Positions 11,588-23,100 of a stretch of DNA of 44,842 nucleotides are shown here, piece after piece. Position numbers and translations under genes: made by a program. The notes under the pieces were generated by a model. That model made no database searches. It had not been told where the DNA came from and worked only from the letters and a program-made list of their open reading frames with translations. Numbering within the stretch: the first letter of the stretch is position 1; each line of letters begins with the position of its first letter. The DNA is from Coniocarpon cinnabarinum (Eukaryota), in the NCBI GenBank assembly GCA_051942205.1, contig JAVECO010000183.1, positions 1 to 44,842 on the forward strand, written 5' to 3'.

Positions 11588-12003
11588 CTGATCTTTGTTT
11601 TTTTTTTTTAAAAAAAAAATTAAGCCACAGAAAGCATGCTACTAACAAGGGAATGCGATATTTGGGTTTCAACATGGTCCTGATTGGACCGGCCTATCGC
11701 TGCTGCGTAAATTCCGCGACAGTTCTGAGTCTACTCATCAGGGCAGCGTCTCATGCTGGTGGTCTTGTATAGTTACGAGGGTAAATAGATCTGGTTTCGC
11801 ACGTGATGCTCGGGGCGAAATCTCATCTTGTATGGATCTCATCGGCAACCGCATGATGTCATGCCTCCGATCTACGATGGGCGCAATTCTACTACGCGAC
11901 GCGCTCTTCCGCGCGCGCGCAACATGCGGCAAAACCCAGCAGTCCTTGGTTTGAGACGCTCACATCTGCGTGACGGCAGGCGCTCAAGAAAATCTGTATC
12001 TGA

Positions 12004-14340
12004 ATGTTCAGGACGCTTGTCCGCGTCAAGTCTCCTCCGTTCATCTGTGCAAAGACCCCGATAACTGCTCCTAATCGCATTTACCCAAGCATTGCAATCT
12101 TAGCAATGGGTAAGAGAAAGAGATCAAGTGCGACAGAAGCTGCTGCCAATGCTGACTCTCCAATGCCGCCGCCACCGCCGCCAACGTCAAATAGCAAAGC
12201 AAGACGGTCATCACAGCGGAAGCCTTCTGTCCCTTTGACGCAACCTACGACGAATGGCGATGTCCTGGATGCGCCTAATGCGCTTAGAGCGTCGCCTGAT
12301 AGCGATGTAGACGAGAAGATCACCCCTGGCAATGTGAAGGCAGAGGACGACTCCGACTCACCACTGTCTGACGTGCCTGAGGAAAAGATAGAAACGCCAG
12401 CTAAGAAAAGAAGAGCAAATGGGAAAGCAAGCGCATCCGCTACTCAGAAGAAGGAGGAACCAGAGACACCCGGCAAAGCGCACGCCAAATCGTCTCCCGG
12501 CAACAATGAAACTGCTGGAGACCCAGAGGCTGAGGGTGATGAGGAAGAAGTGGATCCCGAAGAAGTCAAAGAAGCTTCACGAAGACCGCCGCCAGTCAAC
12601 AGTGATTACCTCCCACTGCCTTGGAAGGGTCGGATAGGTTATGCCTGTCTGTGTACATACCTGCGCTTTGCGAATCCACCCGTCTTCTGCTCACGTACCA
12701 CCCGCATCGCATCTATTTTGGAGCACCGTCATCCATTGGCCGATCCTTCCCAGCCGGAACATCCAACGAAAAATCGACCCGACAAGGAGAAACCCGCGGA
12801 TCCTGCGCTGGGTCAAAGTTTTGTGGAGAATTTGTGCTTGCAAAATGTTCGTGACATGGCCAAGTTGATTCGTTGGAATGACAAGTATAACATCAAATTT
12901 CTCCGACTCTCCAGCGAAGCCTTCCCTTTCGCCTCCCATGCAGAGTACGGGTACAGGCTGGCACCGTTTGCGGCTGGGGAGCTGGCCAAGGTTGGAAAAG
13001 TTGCTGCGGAGCTCGGTCATCGTTTGACGACCCATCCCGGACAATTCACGCAGCTTGGTAGTCCGAAACAGAACGTGATCGACGCCTCCATCCGCGATCT
13101 TGAATACCACGATGAAATGCTCTCGCTCCTGAAGTTGCCGCCGCAGCAAGATCGTGACGCAGTCATGATACTGCACATGGGTGGGGTGTTTGGCGACAAG
13201 GCTGCAACGCTTGATCGTTTCCGCGAGAATTATCAGAAGCTGAACGATAGTATCAAGAACCGACTTGTTCTCGAAAACGACGACATGTCGTGGTCCGTCC
13301 ACGATCTGTTACCCGTGTGTAAGGAGCTCAACATCCCCTTCGTGCTTGACTTCCATCACCACAACATCATTTTTGACCCGGAGAAAATCCGTGAGGGCTC
13401 CAAGGACATTGTCGATCTGTATCCGCAAATTCTCGAGACATGGCGGAGGAAAGGGATCACACCCAAGATGCACTATTCCGAGCCAACACCAGCTGCCATT
13501 ACGGGTAAGCAGCGACGCAAACACAATCCGCGCGTTGCTAGTCTGCCACCTTGCCCGCCTGACATGGACCTAATGATCGAAGCAAAAGACAAAGAGCAAG
13601 CAGTGTTTGAGCTCATGCGCACGTTCAAATTACCTGGATACGAGCGACTGGGGGGCATCATCCCGCACGTGCGAGAAGATGAAAATAAGCCTGTGAAGCC
13701 ACCTCCGAAAAAGAAGGCGACGCCCAAGAAGAAGCGCAAAGCCGAGAACGAGGACGCAGATGATGGCGCGAGTGTCGCTGACGCACCTGCAGATCCTGAG
13801 CCGGCGCCCGTCATACCAGAGGAAGAACTCAACATGGGCGGCCCTGACGGACGCGTGTACTGGCCTCCAGGCATGGAAGAGTGGCTGCGTCCTGTCAAGC
13901 GGGTTGTCAAGAAGAAAGACCCAGACGATCCGCCAGCCACCAAGCTATCTGCTGCGCAGCGCAAGATCGTAATTGCGCAGGCGAAGGCCGAGCTGGCGCA
14001 GGAACTGACTGCCAAGAAGAACAAGGTCTCATCTGAGGCTATAGAGGGTGAGACCGCAGTGCAGAAGCAGCCACAGGCCGTTGCGAAAGCGGCGGCAAGT
14101 ATGAACAACGAGACCAAGGCGCAAGCGAAGACCGGGAAGAAAGCCGCGGCGACGAAGGGAAGCAAGACCAAGGGGAAGCGGAAGAAGCAAGATAGCCCGG
14201 ACAGCGCTGAGGAGGCTTTGGAAGAGGCGGAAGCGGAGAAGCCGACTGCGGATCAGGGCAAGAGACAGAAGAGTGCAAGGGCTTCGAGAGGCTCGAAGAA
14301 GAGCTACAAAGAAGAGGAAGAAGAGCAAGAGGTGGAATGA
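12004..14340 (+). CDS. uve1: UV-damage endonuclease (UVDE/Uve1/Mus-18)
   Basis: Intronless 778-aa ORF with GRIGYACL, FLRLSS, HPGQFTQLGS, ILHMGG, LVLENDD, VLDFHHH, PKMHYSE and LMIEAKDKEQA. Second in-frame ATG at 12106. Confidence 0.96.
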   Translation: MFRTLVRVKSPPFICAKTPITAPNRIYPSIAILAMGKRKRSSATEAAANADSPMPPPPPPTSNSKARRSSQRKPSVPLTQPTTNGDVLDAPNALRASPDSDVDEKITPGNVKAEDDSDSPLSDVPEEKIETPAKKRRANGKASASATQKKEEPETPGKAHAKSSPGNNETAGDPEAEGDEEEVDPEEVKEASRRPPPVNSDYLPLPWKGRIGYACLCTYLRFANPPVFCSRTTRIASILEHRHPLADPSQPEHPTKNRPDKEKPADPALGQSFVENLCLQNVRDMAKLIRWNDKYNIKFLRLSSEAFPFASHAEYGYRLAPFAAGELAKVGKVAAELGHRLTTHPGQFTQLGSPKQNVIDASIRDLEYHDEMLSLLKLPPQQDRDAVMILHMGGVFGDKAATLDRFRENYQKLNDSIKNRLVLENDDMSWSVHDLLPVCKELNIPFVLDFHHHNIIFDPEKIREGSKDIVDLYPQILETWRRKGITPKMHYSEPTPAAITGKQRRKHNPRVASLPPCPPDMDLMIEAKDKEQAVFELMRTFKLPGYERLGGIIPHVREDENKPVKPPPKKKATPKKKRKAENEDADDGASVADAPADPEPAPVIPEEELNMGGPDGRVYWPPGMEEWLRPVKRVVKKKDPDDPPATKLSAAQRKIVIAQAKAELAQELTAKKNKVSSEAIEGETAVQKQPQAVAKAAASMNNETKAQAKTGKKAAATKGSKTKGKRKKQDSPDSAEEALEEAEAEKPTADQGKRQKSARASRGSKKSYKEEEEEQEVE

Positions 14341-15056
14341 TCTGGGTGACAAAAGCGCTTCTGGGAATTCGGAACCAAGGTGTAGAGTAGGTAATTGTAT
14401 GCACGGGTTTTGTATTGACTTAGGCAGGCCTGCAAGCCCTTTTGCAGTCTCACTGAAGTTGCAGTCTTCGATGCCTTTTAGGTGAGGGATAGCATGAGGT
14501 CTAATGCAGTACGGACCGGTGAGCAGTCGTGAATGAGCAACAGACGTAGCGCGTTGAGGTCTATCCAGGGCACCACGTAAGTATGCCTTCAAGGCGCTCG
14601 CATCACGTTCTAAAGCTCGGCTTATTGCTGTTTTTAAACGTTTCAGGGTCCATTGGTGCCGGTCTATCAACACTGGATACTCCAACTATCATACGCTATG
14701 TTCAGGAACATCTCTACATCGATTACCAGGTGATTTTTCGTACGACGCCAACAGCAACGCTCACGAAGGACCCGCAAGACGCTTGCACCGATCCATCAAG
14801 CCAAGAAGAGGACAAAAAGTGAAACACTGAAGTCGGAGGCCACACGCAGGTTGTGCATGCTTTCTCTTGATTCGACATTATACCAAATAGCGCGGCTTCG
14901 TTGTCGGCCTGAATGCCAGAGTTGCTCACTCAACTCCAAGAATGCGTTTGCATTGGGATTGCTTTTTCTAGGAAGGACAACGGTGGCGTCCAAGCGGCTA
15001 ACGAGGGATACGCCCTCGAGACATTTCCAAGTATTCTTGCAGAGCCTGCGTCCCGA

Positions 15057-16125
15057 TCATTTGGATGTGTTGGTACCGGCAGTGTTACGCTTCTTTATCC
15101 CACCCATGGATGGGCCAATCTCGGCTCCGGACGAGTCATTGGTCGCCTGTCTATCGAGCCCACGGTCGGAGCCTGAGCCTTGGGAATCCTTACCTGACAG
15201 CCAATTCATGACCTTCTTCCTCCCGCCTTCAGATCCGGAACCGTCGTTGGATCCAGGACCCCGCCCGCCGCTCATTTCATGCCCGCCTTGAGCCTCTTCG
15301 AGATCTTTTGGCGTGACGTCCTTCGGATCTTTTTTCTTCGCCAATTCGTCAACCCCTTCCATTCTGTCTGCCTTCTCTTTTCCAGATTTCCCGCCGAAAA
15401 ATTCATAGATGCGCTGTACCAATTTAAAGAGTAACCACTGCTTGTCGTCACCCTTGATTCGGCCCATTGTCTCCTTGGCGTCGCTGGGATCTTTTTCTGC
15501 GCCTTTCTTACCCACCCGAGCGTATTGTTTCCAGCTCGATATCCCCAGAATGGCACCAATACCGGTCCCAACAACTGTTAACACAACGTCTTTGATAGTA
15601 GACCATATCTTTGAGAAGTTGTCCAAAAACCCGCTCTTCTGTGAGTCGGCGATTGCCTCACCTATTGCCTTACCCATCTCCTGTGCAAAGCCAGTAGCTG
15701 CTGCTTTGAGTTCTGCCATTACCACTTGTTAGCTTTGCGGGCATAGTCTGCTGTAACACACGCGAACATTACAGGAGATTGCAAAAAGACAAAAATGAAC
15801 GAGGGGTAATATCAAGTGTCGAAGTCGTCAACTTACCGTCAACCATGGACATAGGAATGACTATATTATCCGGATGACCAGTATGAGTGGATGTTATTAC
15901 TTTCTCGGTAACTGTCTGCGTGACTGTGATTGTTGTCACGTGCTCTGAGGCGTAAATGTCTCTGATGGTGGGGATGGTGGTCGATGGACTGCCGGACCGC
16001 TTCTCATACTCTGCTATGTCGGTGCGGAATGCGTTATACACCTTGACATACGTGTGCATCGGGTCGGTGGACGTAAAATGGGTCGCGCCCGGAGCCACCT
16101 GGCTAAGAGTAGGAACGGGTGGCAT
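15057..16125 (-). CDS. Orphan single-pass membrane protein A, ~314 aa
   Basis: ATG in strong context (CACC ATG). Intron 15713-15836 (G|GTAAGT..GCTAAC..GCAG, phase 1) fuses ORFs 15769-16125 and 15057-15725. Thr-rich segment, helical region, TM LTVVGTGIGAILGISSW, then a basic stretch. No family recognised. Confidence 0.7.
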
Positions 16126-18341
16126 GGTGAGGAGTCGCTACAGCGCAGCCAAGTCCGTAAACAGCCTTGAAAAGGTCGACGAGAACAAAGCTAGCAGATT
16201 CGGTGTACGTTGGTTGCCAGGGAAAGATATTGAGTCTGGAGAGTATGCTGCATTCGTCATGAAATCGGCCAGTCTTTTGTATTTTGCGAATTCTTTGAGA
16301 GCCAAGATAACACCTATGAGAGTTGCACAGTGCAGAGTCAGACGCAGGGCTCTTCTGGCCAGAGCGCAGTGGTGATTTGCGGCGAAAAAGTTTGATGGGC
16401 TTAAAGGGTGCCGTTACACCCAGCGTCTGAGACATGGCTTGAGGATTAAGCAACTCGCGAAACAGCTCTAATGAGAATGGCCAAAGGCTGCGTGGCAGAA
16501 ATCGTCAAAGCATTGTCCGCCATACGCCATGACTTCTGCGTGAGGATGTGCGTCATTGTAGTACGCTCTATGACTACGTCAGGCTAGTAGCTGCGAGAGA
16601 TTGGACAAGGCGGCCGGAAGAGACACGCGTGCCTCTGCTATCACGCTATGTTGTCTCTTGGGTCGAAGCCGCACATGTGGAGCAGACTTTACACTTATGG
16701 CGAAGCATGTCATCGGTATCCACCAGGCGGGAGGCCGTGCTCGAAGGCGGCTATAATCAGATACGCCGTTGCTGAAGTTTAGGATTTCGTGATGTTGTGA
16801 TGCCCGACTCTTCGGATGGTGCGGATGGACATGAGTGTTCTGATCTGGCCTGGAAATTGCCCAATGACTTTTTTCACAAACGACGACACTTTCACAAACT
16901 ACAGGGATGAGATTCTATACGCTACTACAAGGGAGCGTAGATAGGATTGTAAACGCCCCAGGCCATGGATGCGTTCTGCCACTCGGGCCGTCGAAGCTTC
17001 CTGGTCAAAGATGTGAGATGCCACTTACATCCTTTCTGGGAAGTCGAGTGGCCCCATGCCAAGACATGTCAATTGTTGCGAAGTCACTGTTGGCCCCAGA
17101 AGAACAGCCCCCAGTGGACGCAGGTCAGCAGCGCTCGGAATGCGCGACAGATGAAACGATAACTGGCGAGATCGTGGTGTCTTTCTGACAGGCCCCTTGA
17201 CGGTACGCATTCTTCAAACTTGGTGGGTCAATGGTGGTCGTTGGCTCCGATTGCTATCCCTGGCACGATCCTGCTTTGCGTCTCGATCGCCCCAGCGATA
17301 TCCTCGACCTATCTGACGTTCAATCTATGCCGTACGGATGAGTCACCCAAGTTTCTGAGCCCACCACGTGACCATCGGCACCGCTCGTTCACAACCTGCA
17401 GCAGGTCACTCATTGCTGGGCAACGGACTCCAGCTGCTCATGATGTAGACGACCAGCGCAGCCTCTAAAATGTGGTTCGACAGAGTGTTCCAACTAAGCT
17501 CCGCTTTGAGCTGCGGGAGAATTCCCGTGGGCTCTAATTACTTGCAAGGGTCGTCAGATTCGTACTAGTGTCTTTCTACTCGGTACGCAAGTCCACGTGA
17601 CTTTGTACAGGGCACACAAACTCTCTTTACGCGGAACGAACGTGCAACTAATTCGTTTTTCAGCCTGCAGATGCAGGCGCAGATAACAGACTCTTGACCA
17701 TAAAATGAAGTGACGGCAGATTCAACAACGCAGTGCGCGCGCTGGCTTCCGGCCCGTGCGTATTTACCAGTGGGCCGCTTGACCCTTTGCCAAAGTCGCA
17801 TGCGTCTTTTCCATCAGTTCGAGTCGGGAGATCTTTGTAGCTTAATCTTGCGCCTGAGGTTTTGCATGCCCGATGAGGGCATCCCACTCCGAGTTTTACC
17901 GCAGAAAAAACTGGTCACGATCTACTCAGAACGAGTTTTCCCGCCCACTAGACGAGATGGTGGCTACGGCTCTTTATCTTCAAACCTCAGACGCCGAAGC
18001 TTACTTAGAAATTGTCCTTTTACCCACTCTATTGAGTGAATTAAGACGTACTGGCATCAGTATTGCACAGCAAGACCTGTAGGTCGAGATGACCAGAAGC
18101 ATTCGCAATGCATTGAACGCTCCATCACAGTCAAGACATAGGAGTCACGCTATGCATTGGTGATCAGTCCCAAGTCATATTATCCAGCAGAGAGATGGAA
18201 GAATGGGAAATATGAAAAAAGTGAACAAAAAGGGGCAAAAAGTCGATCCTTTTTCATTTGGTATTTTTGAACCTCATACGCTGCGCCACGAAGACGTTAT
18301 GATCAAGAAACCATCTCAAGGCGCTTTTGTCATCGGGCCCA

Positions 18342-18689
18342 TCAATCCGACAGATTAAACAGATGCTTGAGCGGATGCTTCGTCCTCTACACGTCCAATT
18401 TCAGTCAGCCTTAAGTGATTTATTGCCTCATCTGTGGGCTTTGAGCAGTTGTGTCACTCACGTCTGCTTTGAGGACCTTTTTCCCATTCTCGTTCAATTT
18501 CTTCTTGTCGGCCTCAGTGCCCTTGTACTTGATCCCAAAGGGCTCAAGGTACTTCTGGAGATCGTATTGCCCGTTCATAATGTCCTTTTCAATCGCCTTG
18601 TCGGTTTGGACGGCCTGATGGTGTGTGTCGTTGTGAAGGTGGACAGCATGCATAGGGTTCACCTTGATATGAGGAAAGTTGGGTGCCAT
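18342..18689 (-). CDS. Orphan small His/Lys-rich protein B, ~90 aa
   Basis: CCACC ATG G start with a TATA-like/pyrimidine-rich upstream region. Canonical intron 18387-18461 (GTGAGT..GGCTGAC..TAG) gives the C-terminus ..VLKADRTKHPLKHLFNLSD*. Confidence 0.65.
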
Positions 18690-19260
18690 GGTGGATTGAT
18701 TACAAGGGAAGATAATCTGGGAAGATGAGTGATGGGAGAAGCGAGTTGTTGAGGAGAGGAAGCTTGCAGCTGAGGAGAACTAAATGTTTTAAGTATAGAA
18801 GAGATCACAAAGACACGTATGAGAGCTGACGTGTCACGGCTGAGGACGCTTAATTTCCACAATCTTACCAACGAAAGTGTGACACGTTGAACGTTTGAAG
18901 AATGCCATTCAAATGGAACAGAAGACACATATTGCAACGGGTGGAAGGGTAAGATGACGTTATGCACATCTGTCATTTTGACGACGGTGGGACGCCGCGA
19001 CGGTGATATTCTGTTCTAGCCAAGGTGGCTATCGTGCCACGTCAGCTGTTCGCAAGCAGGAGCAGGTTGAAACGCACTCTACTGCTCTCATTAAGTGCGC
19101 AGCAAACCAAACAAAATGTCTACGGATCATTTCGCGAACTGCAATTGCGATGGAGCCACTAGCATGTTGCTTCCTGGAACTATGGAGCATCAAACAGACT
19201 ACCTATGGTCTACGAGGCGACTGGCTACAATCTCACGCGATTCTGACAGCCAACTTTTGC

Positions 19261-20161
19261 TCAATTGCCCGCTCGGTCGTCGTGACTGCGAGTGCTTTCG
19301 CCACTGTGACGTGGCAGCGCCCCATGCATCGTGAATGAGTGCTGTGACGGCTCACTCGAGCTACTGCTGGCCTCCTGTCCAGGCCCTGTAGACAATTTCA
19401 GCTTCTTTTGCTCTTTCATCCGGTCCTCATGCTCAGGATCTTCCGCAACCACCCGTCTCACTTGGTGCGCCCGGTTCGAGATCCGCTCCGAGCCTCCCTG
19501 GGCGGCGAGCTTCTCGACAATGAGCGCGACGAGCTCGTCAGTTTTTTTCTTCTCCTTCTGCAGCAATTCAATGTCTTCAGTAGCACTTTTGGGTTCTTTG
19601 CGGAAAATGAAGTCGATCATGCTGCGGAATCGCTTGGAGCCGATGTAGGCCGTAAGCGCCAGCGTACCCGCCGTGGTTGCCAAGGTGAGAACGCTTGTGA
19701 CCAAGCCGGTGTAACTGATAGCAATCGATGTGCTCGTAGGCGCCGCAGCTACAGTATTCGTAAGCAAGGGCCATCCATTCGAATGCAGAGATCTTCAAGC
19801 AAACCTTTCGCGTCTTTTGCTGCGCTCGCTGCATCCGCGGAGATATTCTCGATTTTAGCCAAGACCTCATCGAGTTTGAACTCCATCTCTGATTTAGCTT
19901 TTTAGCGCAGGAAGTAGCACGCAATTCGTCGATGAACGTACTCTCGATGTGCTGAAAGATCGCCGTGATGTTGTTCCTCAGCTCATCTGCTTCGGTCTTA
20001 TTGGCACAAGTGGCTACCATGGCTTCGATTGACTTCTGCATGTCGATGGCCTTGGGTAATTCTGGCAATTTGTCCAACGGCAAGACCTTCTGAAACTCGG
20101 CCATCCAGGGGTCCGCAGACATTGAGGCATTCCCACCTGCACCGGTGGTGAAAGCGTCCAT
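19261..20161 (-). CDS. Orphan coiled-coil single-pass membrane protein C, ~263 aa
   Basis: AATC ATG G start. Introns 19889-19941 (GTACGT..GCTAAA..CAG) and 19749-19804 (GTTTGC..GCTTAC..TAG) join three segments into one frame. Heptad-like IFQHIEKMEFKLDEVLAKIENI, TM YTGLVTSVLTLATTAGTLALTAYIG, then KRFR. Confidence 0.72.
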
Positions 20162-23100
20162 GATTGAGCAGAGGGTTCGACAGGTTTGTGAACAGCTACG
20201 TGATCAAGCAATGAAGCTGTGAAGTATGTGAAAGGCAAGCACGCTTGCTTTGAGAACAGAGGTAACGGGATCTTCTTTCGAGACAGATTTGGGGAGCCAA
20301 GCAAGGCATTCTGAAAAGGGCCCAAACGAACATCTTATGTCTTGATACATGCTGAATGACCATGTGTTCACAATGGGTAGTAACGTTCACGAGCAAGAAA
20401 CTGAGACGACAAAGTGTTCAGAGCATGTCAGACTTGGGAACATTGCCGCTGAGACAGAGAGATCACCACATATGTCCTGAGGACACGCGGGCAATGCGAT
20501 TTCTCGAGAAGTTCCGAATCTATGCTGTCATGTCAGCGACAAGACGCTAGACTATCAAGACTTTCTTGCTGTCGTCAATTGAAACGTGCAAGCTTACGGT
20601 GAGAAACTTTACATGCAAGAGTTTATCACCAACGCTATCTAAGACTCAAGCTGCATGAGAAACGTCGAAGCCAGCTTCCGTGACTGAATGTAATCACGAA
20701 CGGCCTTAATCGTCAAGGTCGATCACAGATGTATGGGGGCGCACGGAAAAATCGCAAGTAGATTTCAAGCCCCTTATCCTCAGTGCAATACCGGAACCAT
20801 GCTGACTACCATGTCAAGTCGTTTCGGCCATTTAGAGGAGTTGCCTGTTCTTGACTGCACGCACTGTCATCTCGTGAATCAAAGCAATTTCATTGGTTCT
20901 CCATATTCACGTAGAAGCGCAAGACTCAGACGGCTACCAATAACGTCTGGACCACCGAACAAAAACCCGAAAAATTCTAAATCATCCCTGGGCTCTTACG
21001 CTCTCAATATTACGGTGGGTTGAAGCTACCAAGCAAAGTCCCTTTCGTGAGCATGTAGGTCAGAGTTCACACCACACTCCCGTGCCGCAGACGGCGCCTT
21101 GAGGACAGGAAGATGACCACCGAAACACGTGTGCGCCGATCAGAGAAAGTGCAATGAGACACACCCACCATTCTGGACTTTTGGTGCGATGCAGAGCCTG
21201 GATGACCCCTACTGGCCTCGGTGGACAGTTGCATGAGCAAGTGAAGACATCAAAGTGGCCGAGCGAACTTGCACAGGTTTGGAGAGCTTCACGTGCCTGC
21301 AGCATTACGGCCTGAGAAGGAGCTGGAGAGCCCGTAGGACCGATAAAATTAAAGTTGCAGGAAATCAATATATCCGTATGGAACGTCGGTACCACACTTT
21401 CAACCGACTCTGCACGGATGAATCTGATCATTAGCCACTTTGGTCGTCATCCCGTCACAGGCGTGTTGCATCGGCCCGATCATCACAAGGACCACTAGTC
21501 GAGCCAAGACTTGGGTGACAGCTCGTGCTAGGAGTTATGTTGCACCATGCGCCATAACTCTGGATGTCAGCAGGTTTCGGGCTACGAAAGTTCGCGCGTT
21601 CGTTTCAGAAAGAGACACGGATGAGGCCGTAGTACGCCAGGCGCCACTGGGAAAATGGGCACATGTGTCAGAGACGGATCTGTATACGTGTCTCCAATGA
21701 CACAAGCTCGACGCGGCTGAGGCTGACGTGGTGGATTCCAGTCACGGAACCTTAATCCTACGCTACGCACCAAGGTTCGTCTCAGACTTTCTGACCAGGG
21801 TCCGCACGTCAGCGGTATCAAAAGACGGCTTTGCTACTCAACACTGAACGCGTGGCCTTCTTTGTTTTGCCGGACGGCCCGGCCAAAAGCTACGACATGA
21901 CTTCGGCGTCGACTCCAGCTACCCAACAAAAGCTGTGCTTCAGACCCAAACGAGCTCGTACTGTTGCCTGAAGTGGATTCGAGGAAGTGTCACGTGGCCT
22001 GTGCATCTCGAAAAGACAGGTGTCTTTTCCACACCACAACAGGGGCGGTATCTTCAAGTGTATTGCACGAGATGGCCTTTTGGTCTAGTCACTTTCTCGC
22101 TCGAGGTTGTGCAGCGGCGTGACAATCTAAACTACTTTGTAGATGTAGATGCAAGAGCCCAACCCAACTTATGACGACGTGGGGGACCAGGTCACTCCAA
22201 CGCCAAAGAAATGACACCTGCGACATCTTGCTTGTTTCTGTGACGAGTGTTGCTGGATATTCAATTCAAGAATTTTTTCTCCAATTGAAAACATTCATGT
22301 GAGCCTAGCAGTGCCCTCCGCATCTACATACCGCAACAGAAATGAGGCCTCAATGGAGCATTGAACCGTGCAAGCCGGGTTTAAAGCCTGCCTGCGGCAA
22401 TGAGGCCCAGCAAAGACAAATGAACAGAGCCATTCGCTCTCAGCGGCCAGGTCGACACTGCTTGTGAACTACCGCATCCACTGCTTGCTGAGTCTGCGAA
22501 TGACAGACGAGCCAAGGAACCCTGTAGCCAACATGGTCGTTCATATGTAATATAGGGGATATATCGCGATATCGCTCGGCTCGGTCCTAGCCACTTGTCA
22601 GCCCGCCCGTATGGAGATCACCGGAGCCGCGTGACTTGCTGTTTGCAGTCCTCGTCGCCGCTTGCGACATTGCTCAGATCTGGCCGCCGATGCAGGAAAG
22701 GGCTGCACCGAATCGTCGACACTTTCACTGGCGCGCACGCAACGGTCAACAGCAAGAGATTGCTTGCTATGGCTTGTTTTAAACCCGAACAAGACGTCGA
22801 TTGGCTGCTCGCGACTGGCTGGGAGTGTGTCTGATGTCCACCCACTCTCGTCGCACTTCGGTGTCGGGACCACGAGAGCCAAACATCTCATTTGGATCAT
22901 ACATTCTGACTGTGAGATCAGCCGGAAGAACCTCAACTAAGCTCCAAGGCTATATATCTTGGGCGTAGCCCTAAAGTTGATCGATATGAAGGGCGATGTA
23001 TCACTCGCAATATTCAGATGCTTCACCCCTTCGTAGGCGTAACATGATAGGACCTATTTCTACTCTCAAGATTAAAAGTCAAGCCATGAGTTCAGAATAG

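Noticed and set aside
12691..14685. Long minus-strand ORFs 12691-13302, 13473-14171 and 14029-14685
   Set aside because: Antisense to uve1; explained by codon bias of the sense gene and carry no motifs.
16126..16260. In-frame upstream extension of orphan A through TAG 16138-16140 (readthrough or editing)
   Set aside because: ATG 16125 already has a strong context, and the TAG is equally explained as UTR sequence or a splice acceptor. No supporting signal.
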